Shown in pieces: positions 10,184 through 20,780 of a stretch of DNA of 64,000 nt. Below the pieces are notes generated by a model. That model saw nothing but the letters and a program-made list of their open reading frames with translations, searched no databases and had not been told where the DNA came from. Origin of the DNA: an uncultured Gemmatimonadota bacterium (GTDB lineage Bacteria > SM23-81 > DAOVCL01). The DNA is taken from positions 1 through 64,000 of the forward strand of contig CAZVGK010000004.1 in the NCBI GenBank assembly GCA_964626665.1. The letters are read 5' to 3'. Each line of letters begins with the position of its first letter. Position 1 is the first letter of the stretch. The position numbers were made by a program, and so were the translations under genes.

Positions 10184-11302
10184 TTATTTCATAAAGACCT
10201 TGAGGAGGAGGTGGAAACCCTTGCTATCGTTCTCCGCCAATTTCAGATTTCTTTGGGCCCTTTCGTAATGGGGATTTATCTTAATCGCCTCCCGGAAGTG
10301 TTGTATTGCCTTTTCGTTTATATATTTGCAAAGGACGGTATAGGCTATCCCCAAGTCATTGTGAATATCGGCAAAGTGGGGATTCTTCTTGGCAAAATCT
10401 TCTAAGCTCTGTATATACTGCCTCATTGTGGTGTCATCTATCTCATCTTCCCTATGCAGAAATCGCAGATAGAAATCGAGGGAAAGGGCCTCCGCCTGGG
10501 GGAGATTCTCCTCGGCTTTGGCTTGATTAAACTCTTTCCAAGCATCCTCCAGCTCATCCTCACTAAGATGGGCCATCCCCTTTTCAAAACCTTCACTGCG
10601 GTAGTTGGGGTTTACCGTAGCCGCCTTTTCCAGGGCCTCCACAGCCCTTTCCTTCAGGTTGGTCGCCAAGGAGTAATCCTCCTTTACTATGCCGTTGAGA
10701 ATCAGGGCCAACCCCAAATTGTAATAGGCCTCACCATAATAAGGGTTTATCTCTATCGCCCTCCGAAAGCCATCAGTGGCAAGCTTACATTTTTGGCTCT
10801 GTAGGTAGGCCGAGCCTAAATCGTTGTAATAATCGGCATAATTGGAATCGATACCCAAGGCTTTCTGAAAGGCCCGGATGGCCTCCCCAGTTCTGCCCAC
10901 GGCCAAATGGGCCTTGCCCAAGTTGTCATAAACCTTAGAGAGGTTAGGATTTGCTTTTATGGCTTCCCCAAATTCGGCAATGGCCTCCTCATACATACCC
11001 TTTTCCAAAAAGGCTAAGCCCACCCGGTTCTTAGCATCTACCTGATTGGATCCAACAAGCTTCTCGGAGAGCTTGAGAAGAGACTCGACTTCCTCCCTCT
11101 TCTCCTCATGAATGGATTTGACCAGAGCTAAAAGCGATTCATCAGATACCTGAGGATCATAGGAGATCTCAAAGGAGTTTATCAAGTTGCCTCCCTCGAA
11201 GAGAGAGCATATTATCCTGTTTTGAAAGGCATTATTCGAGGTTTGGAATAGATACTCTTTGTCCCTCACCTTTATGGAACTGCTGAAGCCGAAATTAGCC
11301 AT
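10184..11302 (-). CDS. Tetratricopeptide repeat protein
   Basis: Multiple TPR motifs (NLGKAH, NDLGSAY, YNLGLAL, NDLGIAY). Confidence 0.85.
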   Translation of the reverse strand: MANFGFSSSIKVRDKEYLFQTSNNAFQNRIICSLFEGGNLINSFEISYDPQVSDESLLALVKSIHEEKREEVESLLKLSEKLVGSNQVDAKNRVGLAFLEKGMYEEAIAEFGEAIKANPNLSKVYDNLGKAHLAVGRTGEAIRAFQKALGIDSNYADYYNDLGSAYLQSQKCKLATDGFRRAIEINPYYGEAYYNLGLALILNGIVKEDYSLATNLKERAVEALEKAATVNPNYRSEGFEKGMAHLSEDELEDAWKEFNQAKAEENLPQAEALSLDFYLRFLHREDEIDDTTMRQYIQSLEDFAKKNPHFADIHNDLGIAYTVLCKYINEKAIQHFREAIKINPHYERAQRNLKLAENDSKGFHLLLKVFMK

Positions 11303-11421
11303 CTTCCTCCTATTAAACTAATCAATTAACAAGGGAAAAACCATTTACCACGGAACTGCACAGAGTTACTTCAAAAAACACTAATCAATGACCAATGGTC
11401 AATTAACAATTAACAAGGATC

Positions 11422-11523
11422 TACCACGGAATTTCACGGAACAGAGCAATTAAGAATTAAAATTTAAGAATGAGGTTTATGCTGATTCCTACTTTTCTGT
11501 GTTAGTCCGTGGTTATCCGTGGT
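11422..11523. repeat. ~100-bp miniature element with CACGGA tandem ends (copy 2)
   Basis: TACCACGGAATTTCACGGAA...GCAATTAAGAATT..GAGGTTTATGCTGATTCCT...CCGTGGTTATCCGTGGT. Confidence 0.7.
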
Positions 11524-11548
11524 GATGGACTTTTTAATTGATAATTGG

Positions 11549-12712
11549 TCATTGTTCTGCACCCAGGGAGGCAAACCGCACCCTCTTCTCCTTGGTATTC
11601 AACCCTCCCCTGCGTAGCCTCCGGTAAACAGTGGAACAACTGAGAGTTATAAACCCATAAGGAGAGGTGTTTAACTCCCGCTGAATAGTCTTGGGTCCAA
11701 ACTGAGGGTGTTGCCTAACTATCCTCACTATCTCGTTAAAATAGGCAGGAATCCTCTTGGAGCCACCAGAGCCAGTTTCCCGCCGCGCTTTAATCAGGGC
11801 AATCCTCTCCCGCTTCACCCTCTCCCACTCCCCTTGCAACCTTTCCCTCTCTTGCTGGATAAGCCTCTTCTCCTCCTCTAACCTTTTCCTCTCCTCCTTT
11901 AACTTGGCCCACTCCACTGCCACCCCCTTCTCACCCTCCGCAGGCTTGACCTGAGGAGGGATAGGTTCCTTTTTGGGGGGCGGAGATACAGCCTCCTCAG
12001 AGAGTTCTTGACGTAGGGATTTTACTAAAAGGTGGAGATGCCGTAACTTAACTTTGGTATGCCCATACTTGGGGGATTTGAGGGTTTTCTTTACTTTCCA
12101 GACACCATAGCGCGGATTCTCCCGCAATATCTCCTCAACTTTCTCCTCTAAGGTGGGTTCCCTTCTCATCGATGGGGGCCTTGCCTCCAAAGGTTTTGGG
12201 GCCTCCTTTGGGGGCTGCACAGCCTTCTCCGGTAATGGCGGAATTCTCTTTTCGGGCTGAGTTTCCCTTTGGGGGGGAGGCGCAATCACCTCCTCTTTTT
12301 CAGGTTCCTCTTGAACTACACTTTCCGGCGGCTGAGCTATGGGAATCCCCAATCTTCGCAGAAATCTCTCCTGGGCTTCATCTACGGTATCAAAAGATTG
12401 GATGAAATAATCGAGCTCCAATAGTTCGAATACCTCCCGCACCCCAGGCTGCATCGCAGCCAGCTTGATGTCCCCACCGCGCCCCCGCACCTCCTTTATC
12501 TGACCAGTGAATATCCCCCACCCAGCACTACTTATATAATTCACCCCGGAGAGGTCCACAATCACCCGCCATAACCCTTTTTCTACTATGGTAGTTAAAG
12601 CCTTCTCTAAATCATCAGCCGATTCTGCATCGAGCACCCCCCGCACTTCAATAACGCATAGCTTTCCCTCAGGGGGACCGATCCCTCTGACCGATATATC
12701 GGTGGTGGCCAT
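11549..12712 (-). CDS. STAS (anti-sigma factor antagonist) domain fused to Pro-rich linkers, a coiled coil and two HTH-like repeats
   Basis: VDLSGVNYISSAGW STAS phospho-Ser motif; repeated ILRENPRYG / IVRQHPQFG segments. Confidence 0.75.
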   Translation of the reverse strand: MATTDISVRGIGPPEGKLCVIEVRGVLDAESADDLEKALTTIVEKGLWRVIVDLSGVNYISSAGWGIFTGQIKEVRGRGGDIKLAAMQPGVREVFELLELDYFIQSFDTVDEAQERFLRRLGIPIAQPPESVVQEEPEKEEVIAPPPQRETQPEKRIPPLPEKAVQPPKEAPKPLEARPPSMRREPTLEEKVEEILRENPRYGVWKVKKTLKSPKYGHTKVKLRHLHLLVKSLRQELSEEAVSPPPKKEPIPPQVKPAEGEKGVAVEWAKLKEERKRLEEEKRLIQQERERLQGEWERVKRERIALIKARRETGSGGSKRIPAYFNEIVRIVRQHPQFGPKTIQRELNTSPYGFITLSCSTVYRRLRRGGLNTKEKRVRFASLGAEQ

Positions 12713-14253
12713 TAACCCCTCCCCTTAAGAAATGTGAGATAGCAGAGGATGAAGAAGAGAACTAAAATAACGAGAACCTTCAACCCGATGAGCTTCTCCT
12801 TTTGCTTCAGCCTATGAGGAATCTCCATCCAGGGGATTGTGCCCAAAACCGAAACCCCTAAAAAGCTCTCCACATCCTCAACCCTTTTAAAGGAATGATC
12901 CATATACTCGCTTAAAAATACCAAACCAAAACCCGCCATAGAGCCAAGGATAAAGCCCAAGAAGAGAAGTTTCTTTCGATTAGGTTTAACTGGCTTTAAC
13001 GGCTTAGTGGCTGGCTCCAGTATCTTAAACCGATATTCCGCCTCAGCCCTCTTCAAGGATTCCTCGATCTGGGATCCCTGGGATTGCTCTAAGAACATAT
13101 TGTAAAGCCTTCTGTTGGCTTCAACCTCATCCTGAAGCCTGGATAGAGTTAGCTCCTGAGCAGGTCCTTTGGTCAAGCTCTTTGTATACTCCCCAATGAA
13201 GTTTACCAAGTTCTCCTTCCTTCTCTTTAGGAATTCTATATTCTCCTTGGTTATTTCAGCTTTAATTAAGGAGGGAGAAGAAGTCTCCTTTTTGATCTGT
13301 TGCTCAATTTTATCCCTGATGTCAGCGATAAGCTGGTTCAGTTTCATTACCCTGGCATCCATCCAGGAATACTTTCCTAAGAATCCTGGCAACCGATCTA
13401 TTGCCTTCCTTAGTTCACCTTCCAATTGGATAAGTTCAGGAGAGGAGCGATGGCTAAGGCTGAAAAGGTCCTCACTAGTTAGCTTTGATTTGAGAAAATT
13501 CGAGTGGTCCTCTGCATCCTTCAATTCCATCTCGGTAGAGGAGATCATAGAGTTTATCTGGGCCAAGTTGGCGGAGGTGACCGAATAGTCCTGAATCCGG
13601 CTCTTTAAGGTTTTTTCCTTAAACCGGCGCAGTTTCTCCTCTGATTCCTTCAGCTTAGTCTGATAGATCTCCAATTGCTCCTTACTGAAATTCAGAGCCC
13701 CCCTCACCCCTCCCAGTTCCCCCTTCAGGGTCTCCTGAATGAAGACCTCGCTCAGAGTTTTGGCCATAAGATATGCCCCCTCGGGAGTATTCGATTTAGC
13801 TTTGATCTCCAAAATATCTCCTCTCATAGTGCGCACAGTTATGGCCTTTTTCAAAGATCCCAGCAACATCCTGGTAACAATTTCATCGGCCTTTAGCTCA
13901 GGGTGCTTAGCTTTTACCTTCGCTGCCCCTTCCCTGAGTTTTGGGTCCTTGTCCAGTTTCAACTTCCTAATGAGTCTCTCCAGGTACTCTCTACTCATCA
14001 CCTGCCTTCTCAAGGTCTGTATCCTCTCCCTATCCCCTGCTCCTGGAACAACCCTTTCCACTTGGCGGCCGACAATTCGCCTTTCCCCCACCATAATGGT
14101 GGTGGAGGACTCGTAAACCGAGGATATCTTATAACTCCCCAAGAAGACAACTACCAAGATGCCTACCAAAGGCAAGAGGAAAAGATGTTTCTTCCTCACA
14201 AATATCTGCCAGTATTCCCTAATATCTACTTTTATCCCTTGTTCTGACTGCAT
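12712..14253 (-). CDS. Polysaccharide chain-length determinant (Wzz/GumC family)
   Basis: N-terminal TM helix + YESSTTI, long coiled coil, ILEPA.KP.KPVKPNR + TM, EDVESFLGVSVLGTIP. Confidence 0.85.
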   Translation of the reverse strand: MQSEQGIKVDIREYWQIFVRKKHLFLLPLVGILVVVFLGSYKISSVYESSTTIMVGERRIVGRQVERVVPGAGDRERIQTLRRQVMSREYLERLIRKLKLDKDPKLREGAAKVKAKHPELKADEIVTRMLLGSLKKAITVRTMRGDILEIKAKSNTPEGAYLMAKTLSEVFIQETLKGELGGVRGALNFSKEQLEIYQTKLKESEEKLRRFKEKTLKSRIQDYSVTSANLAQINSMISSTEMELKDAEDHSNFLKSKLTSEDLFSLSHRSSPELIQLEGELRKAIDRLPGFLGKYSWMDARVMKLNQLIADIRDKIEQQIKKETSSPSLIKAEITKENIEFLKRRKENLVNFIGEYTKSLTKGPAQELTLSRLQDEVEANRRLYNMFLEQSQGSQIEESLKRAEAEYRFKILEPATKPLKPVKPNRKKLLFLGFILGSMAGFGLVFLSEYMDHSFKRVEDVESFLGVSVLGTIPWMEIPHRLKQKEKLIGLKVLVILVLFFILCYLTFLKGRG

Positions 14254-14522
14254 ATCCCTAATACAGCAAATTCCTTTTTGACAGGATTAACGGGATTTAC
14301 AGGATTTTATCACTCGTAGCTCGTAAATCAGCTTGTAGGGATAGACCTTCAGGTCTGTAAACTTTCTTCGGACAGGGCTAAAGCCCTATCCCTACAACAG
14401 AAACCATCCAGGAACCATCCGGCGAGTTGGGATGAGACCCACGAAGGATAGATCAAATTTACAGGATTTCCTTATCCAGGCAATCCTGTATATCCTGTCC
14501 CCAAAAATTAACTTTTTAGACC

Positions 14523-15461
14523 TCACCTGGAGAGCCTATCCACCAGGAGATAGATGCCACTGAGGGTGCCCAGAATCCCGATCACATCTCTGGTTGTCCC
14601 CCAAAATCCACCCCAGAAGGAAGACCTCCGGGGGATAAACACCGTGTCCCCTGGCCTGAGGAGAAAGGGGGAGGGAACACCAGAGGGATATTCCTCAAGG
14701 TTGACCTTGGCTACTCGGGAATAAGGAATCCCCTGACTGATTATGGTCACTTCGCGCAACTTGGCCTCAGGTGTAGGCCCTCCGGCCATCACAATAGCGG
14801 CCAACAGGCTCAAATTCTTTTCGCTGGCGTAGGCCCCGGGCCTGGCCACCTCGCCATAGAGGTAAACCCTTTTACCCCCCAGTTCGGTGGATCCCCTTCC
14901 CGTGGAGAGCCCTGGTATATATACCGTGTCCCCGGACCTGAGAGCAGGAAGCAACGATGAGTCGCCCGTCTCCAAAAACTTGGTGAGATCAACGACAATC
15001 GGTTTCTCCCCTTCCCCCCTGATAATAGTCACCCCACTCAAGATGGCCGTTTGGGTTGGCCCCCCCGCCTCCAAGATGGCCTTCCAAAGGTTGGGGATGG
15101 CCTCAAAGGTATACTTCCCCGGAGCAAGAACCTGCCCGGTGAGATATATCTTTTTGCTCCCATATTGGGTGACCACCACCGTGGCCTGGGTTATCCCCTT
15201 GTTGTAAATGGAGATCTTCTCCACTATCTTCTTACCCAATTGAGTAGGTGTAAGACCAGCAGCGGTGATGGAACCTATTATGGGAAGGGCTATCTTGCCA
15301 TCCTGTCCTATCTTAACCTGTGTGTTCAGGGTTGGCTGTTGCCAAAACTGGATGGAGAGAACATCATCCTGGCCGATCACATACTCCTGGGCGGATAGGG
15401 AGGAAGAAGCGAGGAGAACAACCCATAACATAACTCCCCATTTTATATATCGGTAGTTCAT
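14523..15461 (-). CDS. Polysaccharide export protein with SLBB domains (Wza-like)
   Basis: YVIGQDDVLSI, DGKIALPIIG, two G(Q/E)V..PG.Y SLBB motifs, LRPGDTVFIP; start placed at ATG 15461 after AAGGAG. Confidence 0.85.
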   Translation of the reverse strand: MNYRYIKWGVMLWVVLLASSSLSAQEYVIGQDDVLSIQFWQQPTLNTQVKIGQDGKIALPIIGSITAAGLTPTQLGKKIVEKISIYNKGITQATVVVTQYGSKKIYLTGQVLAPGKYTFEAIPNLWKAILEAGGPTQTAILSGVTIIRGEGEKPIVVDLTKFLETGDSSLLPALRSGDTVYIPGLSTGRGSTELGGKRVYLYGEVARPGAYASEKNLSLLAAIVMAGGPTPEAKLREVTIISQGIPYSRVAKVNLEEYPSGVPSPFLLRPGDTVFIPRRSSFWGGFWGTTRDVIGILGTLSGIYLLVDRLSR

Positions 15462-15582
15462 AACTTCTCCTTTAGTACATTTTAAGTGAAACATACACGA
15501 AAAGGGAAGAATTAGCAAGACAAAAATCGCAAGGGGGCAAAAAACAGTTCAAACAGTTTAAAACACGGCATAAAAAATATAA

Positions 15583-15597
15583 GCAAAATGTGTGCCA
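15583..15597 (-). promoter_or_regulatory. Sigma-54 (-24/-12) promoter for the EPS operon
   Basis: Minus strand TGGCAC-ACATT-TTGC, a consensus match about 120 nt upstream of the wza-like start. Confidence 0.75.
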
Positions 15598-15821
15598 AGA
15601 TGGAGGTAGAGGGTTATAATCGGGTTTCTTCCCCTTTATTCCTCCGTTTTCCCCTACTTGAGAACCATAATTACCAAACCTCCAGAGGAAATATTTTCCC
15701 TTTATCCTCGTATTTTGCAGGTGGTTGCAAAGTATATGCAACCCTCTTCAATAGTGAGGGAAATTTCCCTTGATTTTTTTTCCCTTATCCCTTATTTTTG
15801 ATTCGTATGAGGAGTTTGATT

Positions 15822-17060
15822 ATGGCTTCCCGCCAATTCGAGGAGACAAACAGGAAGCTGAAGAGGAGGCTCTACGACTTATATACCCTCTTTGAGCTCA
15901 GCCAACACCTCAACTCCGTCTTGGAGCTTGATCCCCTGTTGGACTCCATCCTCTTAATCTGTATCGGTCAGATGGGGGTGGGAGGGGCAATCCTCTTCCT
16001 AACCAAAGGGGAAAAGCTAAGGCCAGCTAAGGTTAAGGGGATGAACCCTAAAGAACTCCAGGGGATAGAGATCACCGTCCACAGCCCTTTAGGGGGATTC
16101 CTCTCTCAGGCCAATCAGGCCCTCCTCTTTGGCGATTTGGAGAAGGTAAGAGGAGCTGCGGAGGATGTGGAGAAGCTGCGCAAGATAGAATGTGAGGTCT
16201 GCATTCCCCTGAATATAAAGGCGAGGCTAAAAGGGATTCTAACCCTTACTCCGAAGATCTCCCGTGCCCCCTTCACCGGAAACGACCTGGAGTTCCTCAC
16301 TACCTTGGCCAACCAGTTAGGGGTAGCCATAGAGAACGCCGAGCTTTATGAAAGCGTTAAGCTAACCAACCTGGAGCTAAGAAAAACCCAACAACAACTA
16401 ATCCAGAGCGAAAACCTGGCTACAGTAGGTAGGCTTGCGGCCAACCTGGCCCATGAGATAAACAACCCTTTGGGGATAATAAAGAACTACCTTACCCTGC
16501 TGAGCAGAAAGGATAATCACAGCCCAGAGGCCATAGATGTAGTCAAGGAGGAGGTGGACAGAATCGGCAAAATCGTGCGCCAACTCCTCGATCTCTCCCG
16601 GCCAGTAACGGAACTGCGGTCCCCCACTGATATAAACAGGCTCATAGAGGAGACCGCTTCAATTCTAAGGAGGCAACTGGAAAAGGAGGGAATTACCTTG
16701 AAAGAGGACCTCTCCTCCATCCCCCTGGTCAAGGCCTCAGCCGGGCAATTGAAACAGGTTTTTTTGAACTTGATCACCAACGCCAAGGAGGCGATGCCCC
16801 AGGGGGGCAGGCTGAAGATAAGCACTAAGAGGGAGGGGAGCTTTGTGGATATAACCTTCTCGGACACCGGGGAAGGGATCAAGGAGAGGGATATAAAAAG
16901 GCTCTTCCAACCTTTCCACACCACCAAGGAGAAGGGAATGGGACTGGGCCTCTCCATTAGTCAGGAGATAATTAGAAACCACGGAGGGGAACTATCGGCC
17001 AAGAGGGGCGCAAATGGCGGGGCCACCTTTATCATCAGGCTCCCCAAGGGAGGCCAATAA
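15822..17060 (+). CDS. GAF-domain sensor histidine kinase
   Basis: GAF region, AHEINNPL H-box, QVFLNLITNA N-box, DTGEG, GMGLGL; start after GAGGAG. Confidence 0.9.
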   Translation: MASRQFEETNRKLKRRLYDLYTLFELSQHLNSVLELDPLLDSILLICIGQMGVGGAILFLTKGEKLRPAKVKGMNPKELQGIEITVHSPLGGFLSQANQALLFGDLEKVRGAAEDVEKLRKIECEVCIPLNIKARLKGILTLTPKISRAPFTGNDLEFLTTLANQLGVAIENAELYESVKLTNLELRKTQQQLIQSENLATVGRLAANLAHEINNPLGIIKNYLTLLSRKDNHSPEAIDVVKEEVDRIGKIVRQLLDLSRPVTELRSPTDINRLIEETASILRRQLEKEGITLKEDLSSIPLVKASAGQLKQVFLNLITNAKEAMPQGGRLKISTKREGSFVDITFSDTGEGIKERDIKRLFQPFHTTKEKGMGLGLSISQEIIRNHGGELSAKRGANGGATFIIRLPKGGQ

Positions 17061-19120
17061 TGGGGGGAAAGATCTTAGTCGTCGACGATGAGGAGAGGAT
17101 GTGCCAGAGCATGCAAGCTCTCCTCTCCCAGGAGGGGTATGATGTGGCTACGACCTTAAATGGAAGGGAGGCCATCAAAAGGGCAGAGAAGGAGAGATTC
17201 GACTTGGTGATCACCGATTTGAGGATGTCCCCCTTAGATGGGATAAAGGTCCTGGAGGGGATAAAAAGGGTCTCCCCCCAGACCCTGATAGTTATCCTTA
17301 CCGCTTATGCTACCCTGAATTCAGCCATAGAGGCCATAAGCAAGGGGGCTTATGACTACCTGATGAAGCCGGTGGAATTCCCCGATCTGAAGAAGACCGT
17401 GGAGAGGGGGATGGAGAAACTGCAATGGGAGAGGGACCAGAGAAAACTTATGGCCGAGCTTCAGGAGAAGAACACCCTCTTAGCGCAGAGGCTTAAAGAA
17501 CTGGACGCCGTATATGAGGCCTCCACCTCCCTCATCTCAGTGCTCAAGTTGGAGGATAGCTTAAAGAGGATAGTGAACTTAGCCGCGGATGTCTTGGGGG
17601 CTAAGTTAGGTTCCCTGATGATCTTGGACGAGAAGGAAGGGGTTTTAACCATTAAGGCAGCCAAGGGGTTGGAGGAGGAGATCGTTAGAGAGACGAGACA
17701 AAGGGTGGAGGGAAGCATCTCCGGCTGGGTGGCCCAGAGGGGGGAGCCGCTCTTGGTGGAGGATATCGAGTCGGACTCTCGTTTCCGCCGGCTGAACCGC
17801 GAAAAGTATGAGACCAAATCCCTTCTTAGCGTCCCCTTAAAGGTCAAGGGGAAGACCTTAGGGGTGCTCAATATGAACAACAAATACTCCGGTCAACCCT
17901 TCAACCAATCTGACCTCCGCCTCCTCTCCACCTTTGGCTCCCAGGCAGCCTTGGCCATCGAGAACGCTGCCCTCTTCGAGGAGAGCAGAAAGAGGATCAC
18001 GGAACTTTCCATCCTCTACAGGATAGCCAGTAACCTTCCCTCAGCCGAAAACAGGGAGTCAATGGCCCTGATGGTCTATCTGGCTTTAAAGGAGATAATG
18101 AATGTGGAAGGCTGTTACTGGTTTCAAGGAAGAGGGGGAAACCTGCAGCTCGTCCTCACCTGTAGGGAGGGGGAGATCATCCCTTCACCATCGGTTGTCC
18201 TAAGGTTAGAGGAGGGCCTCACCGCGGAAGATCTCTCCCAGAGGGCAGGGGAGCTCTTGGCCTCTCAGGGTTTACTCCCCTCTGAGGTCAAGGGGAGTTT
18301 CGCCCTCCCCCTAACCATCAAGGGCCAGTTGCAAGGGGTCTTCTCCCTTTCAGCCCCGGAGGAAATCTCCGAACGGGAGAAGAAATTAACCTCCATCTTA
18401 GTCTCTCAGGCCACATCCCTCTATGAGACCCAGAGCGCCATCCTTTCGGCAGGCCAACTGATGATTATGGGCCAACTCGTCTCGGAGATAACCCATGATC
18501 TCAAACAACCCCTGACCAGTATGAGGGGAACCCTGCAAATGCTCAAACAGAGATGGGATAGCCTCCCCTCTAAGGATGAGTATTTGGACCATTTGGAGAA
18601 CGACATTATCCGGATGTCCGACCTGGTCAAGGAGCTCCTGCAATTCTCCAACCCCCAGGAGTATGCCCGCCAGTTAAGGGAGATCAAACCCATTATTGAG
18701 AAAACCCTGGAACTGGTTAAAGGAGAATTACAGGCAAGTGGCATTAAGGCAGAGGTCATCTCCCCTCCAGATCTCCCCTCCCTTCCCCTGAACGAAAACG
18801 AAATTCTGCAGGCACTGATTAACATCATCCTCAACTCAATTCAGGCTATGCCATCTGGAGGGAGGCTGAAGATAGAGCTCAAGGGGTTGCAGAGGAGGGG
18901 GAGGAACTATCTGGGGATAGGAATTTCCGACACCGGGGAGGGGATACCAACTGCGGATTTAGACCACATATTCGATCGCTACTTTACCACCAAAGATGGG
19001 GGAACAGGCCTGGGCCTTTCCATCGTCAAAAGGATTATTGCCGCCCATCAGGGGGAGATAGAAGTAAAAAGCGGTAGAGGAGAGGGGACAACTTTTAACA
19101 TCTATCTGCCTATATTATGA
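17060..19120 (+). CDS. Hybrid receiver-GAF-histidine kinase
   Basis: ILVVDDE/DLRM receiver, GAF (SLLSVPL), THDLKQPL, DTGEG, GTGLGL. Confidence 0.9.
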   Translation: MGGKILVVDDEERMCQSMQALLSQEGYDVATTLNGREAIKRAEKERFDLVITDLRMSPLDGIKVLEGIKRVSPQTLIVILTAYATLNSAIEAISKGAYDYLMKPVEFPDLKKTVERGMEKLQWERDQRKLMAELQEKNTLLAQRLKELDAVYEASTSLISVLKLEDSLKRIVNLAADVLGAKLGSLMILDEKEGVLTIKAAKGLEEEIVRETRQRVEGSISGWVAQRGEPLLVEDIESDSRFRRLNREKYETKSLLSVPLKVKGKTLGVLNMNNKYSGQPFNQSDLRLLSTFGSQAALAIENAALFEESRKRITELSILYRIASNLPSAENRESMALMVYLALKEIMNVEGCYWFQGRGGNLQLVLTCREGEIIPSPSVVLRLEEGLTAEDLSQRAGELLASQGLLPSEVKGSFALPLTIKGQLQGVFSLSAPEEISEREKKLTSILVSQATSLYETQSAILSAGQLMIMGQLVSEITHDLKQPLTSMRGTLQMLKQRWDSLPSKDEYLDHLENDIIRMSDLVKELLQFSNPQEYARQLREIKPIIEKTLELVKGELQASGIKAEVISPPDLPSLPLNENEILQALINIILNSIQAMPSGGRLKIELKGLQRRGRNYLGIGISDTGEGIPTADLDHIFDRYFTTKDGGTGLGLSIVKRIIAAHQGEIEVKSGRGEGTTFNIYLPIL

Positions 19121-20499
19121 AAAGAGAGGAAAACAAGGTACTCCTGGTGGATGATGACCCCCGCATCTGCTGGATGCTTAACGAAGCCCTCAAGGATGAG
19201 GGTTATAAGGTCCTTACCGCCCGAGATGGTCGCACCGCCCTGCGCACAGTGGTCGAAGAGAACCCTCAGGTGATGGTCTTAGACATAAAGCTGCCTGATA
19301 TCAGCGGTCTGGAGGTGCTGGAGAAGCTGCGCCAAGCCGAACAGAGGATAGAGGTAATCATCCTCTCGGGTCATGGGGAGACCAAGAATGTGGTGCAGGC
19401 CATAAAGTTGGGAGCTGCGGACTTTGTCAACAAACCCTTCGATATAGAAGAGGTTAAGATGCATATCCGCAACACCTTGGAGAAGGGCAAGTTAAAGAAA
19501 GAGGTGCAGTTCCTGCGGTCTGAATTGAAGGCCAAGAACTGGTTTGAGAGCTTCATCGGCGATAGCCCGCAGGTGACAGAGATCAAAAGGGTGGTTGAGG
19601 AGGTAGCCGATAGCAGCCTGACTGTGCTCATCCGGGGGGAGAGCGGGACCGGAAAGGAGATCGTAGCCCGCATACTCCACCACATCTCCTCCAGAAAGGA
19701 GGGGCCCTTTATAAAGGTCAACTGCGTGGCCATTCCCAAGGAACTCTTAGAGGCGGAGCTCTTTGGATATGAGCGGGGGGCTTTCACCGGGGCTTACAAG
19801 AGAAAGCCAGGACGGTTTGAACTGGCCAATCAGGGGACCATCTTCCTTGATGAGATTGGCGATATGCCCATTGAACTCCAGGCCAAGCTGCTCCAAGTCT
19901 TAGAACATCGGGAATTCGTCAGGGTGGGAGGAGTGGAGAACATCTCCGTGGATGTGCGGATTATCTGTGCCACAAACCAGGATCTGGAGAAGGGTTTGGC
20001 CGAGGGAAGTATGCGGGAGGACCTCTATTATCGCCTCAATGAGATAACCATCTCCCTCCCCCCTCTCCGCGAGCGGCGGGGGGATATTCCCCTGTTGGTG
20101 GAGCATTTTCTGAAAACCTACAATGAGCAGTTCAACAGGCAATTCCCCCCCCTTTTCCCAGCTACCACGCAGGCCCTGGAGGATTACGATTGGCCGGGGA
20201 ATGTGAGGGAGTTAGAGAACCTGATAAAACAGACGGTAGTGCGGAGCAATGAGGGGATTATCCTCTCAGAGCTGAGAAAGAGAAGCTTCACCGCCCCCAC
20301 TCCATCTGCTCCTCGGGTCAGCCCTGAAGACCTTTCCCTGAAGAGGGCCAGCCAGAGAGCCGTGGAGGAGACAGAGAGCAATCTCATCAGCAAGGTCCTC
20401 AACCAAACCAATTGGAACAGGAGAAAGGCATCCCAGACCTTAGGAATCAGCTACAGATCTCTCCTTTACAAGATCAAGGAATACGGAATTGATTCTTAA
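19117..20499 (+). CDS. Sigma-54-dependent response regulator (NtrC family)
   Basis: Receiver, GESGTGKE, GAFTGA, FLDEIG, WPGNVREL, C-terminal Fis-type HTH. Confidence 0.95.
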   Translation: MKREENKVLLVDDDPRICWMLNEALKDEGYKVLTARDGRTALRTVVEENPQVMVLDIKLPDISGLEVLEKLRQAEQRIEVIILSGHGETKNVVQAIKLGAADFVNKPFDIEEVKMHIRNTLEKGKLKKEVQFLRSELKAKNWFESFIGDSPQVTEIKRVVEEVADSSLTVLIRGESGTGKEIVARILHHISSRKEGPFIKVNCVAIPKELLEAELFGYERGAFTGAYKRKPGRFELANQGTIFLDEIGDMPIELQAKLLQVLEHREFVRVGGVENISVDVRIICATNQDLEKGLAEGSMREDLYYRLNEITISLPPLRERRGDIPLLVEHFLKTYNEQFNRQFPPLFPATTQALEDYDWPGNVRELENLIKQTVVRSNEGIILSELRKRSFTAPTPSAPRVSPEDLSLKRASQRAVEETESNLISKVLNQTNWNRRKASQTLGISYRSLLYKIKEYGIDS

Positions 20500-20780
20500 C
20501 GGACCACAGCGCGGCAGGGCTGCAACCAAACAAAGCCACAGATTACACGGATTGCGCTGACAAGAAACCACTAGCGGGGTTCGTGGATCGCAGCTTGTAT
20601 AGTTCTTTTTTGAGGTGGCTGAACCCCGATTCTGCAGCAGTCAGATCAGGTAAACCCCTTGTAGACCAGCTATGATTTGGCAAGGGGAAAATTTAAAAAA
20701 ATTCAAGGTCGTAGGAATTAGCTAACTGATCTGCTCTTTGAAATTACTACAACCCACAGTTACAATGAGCAAGGGAAGCA

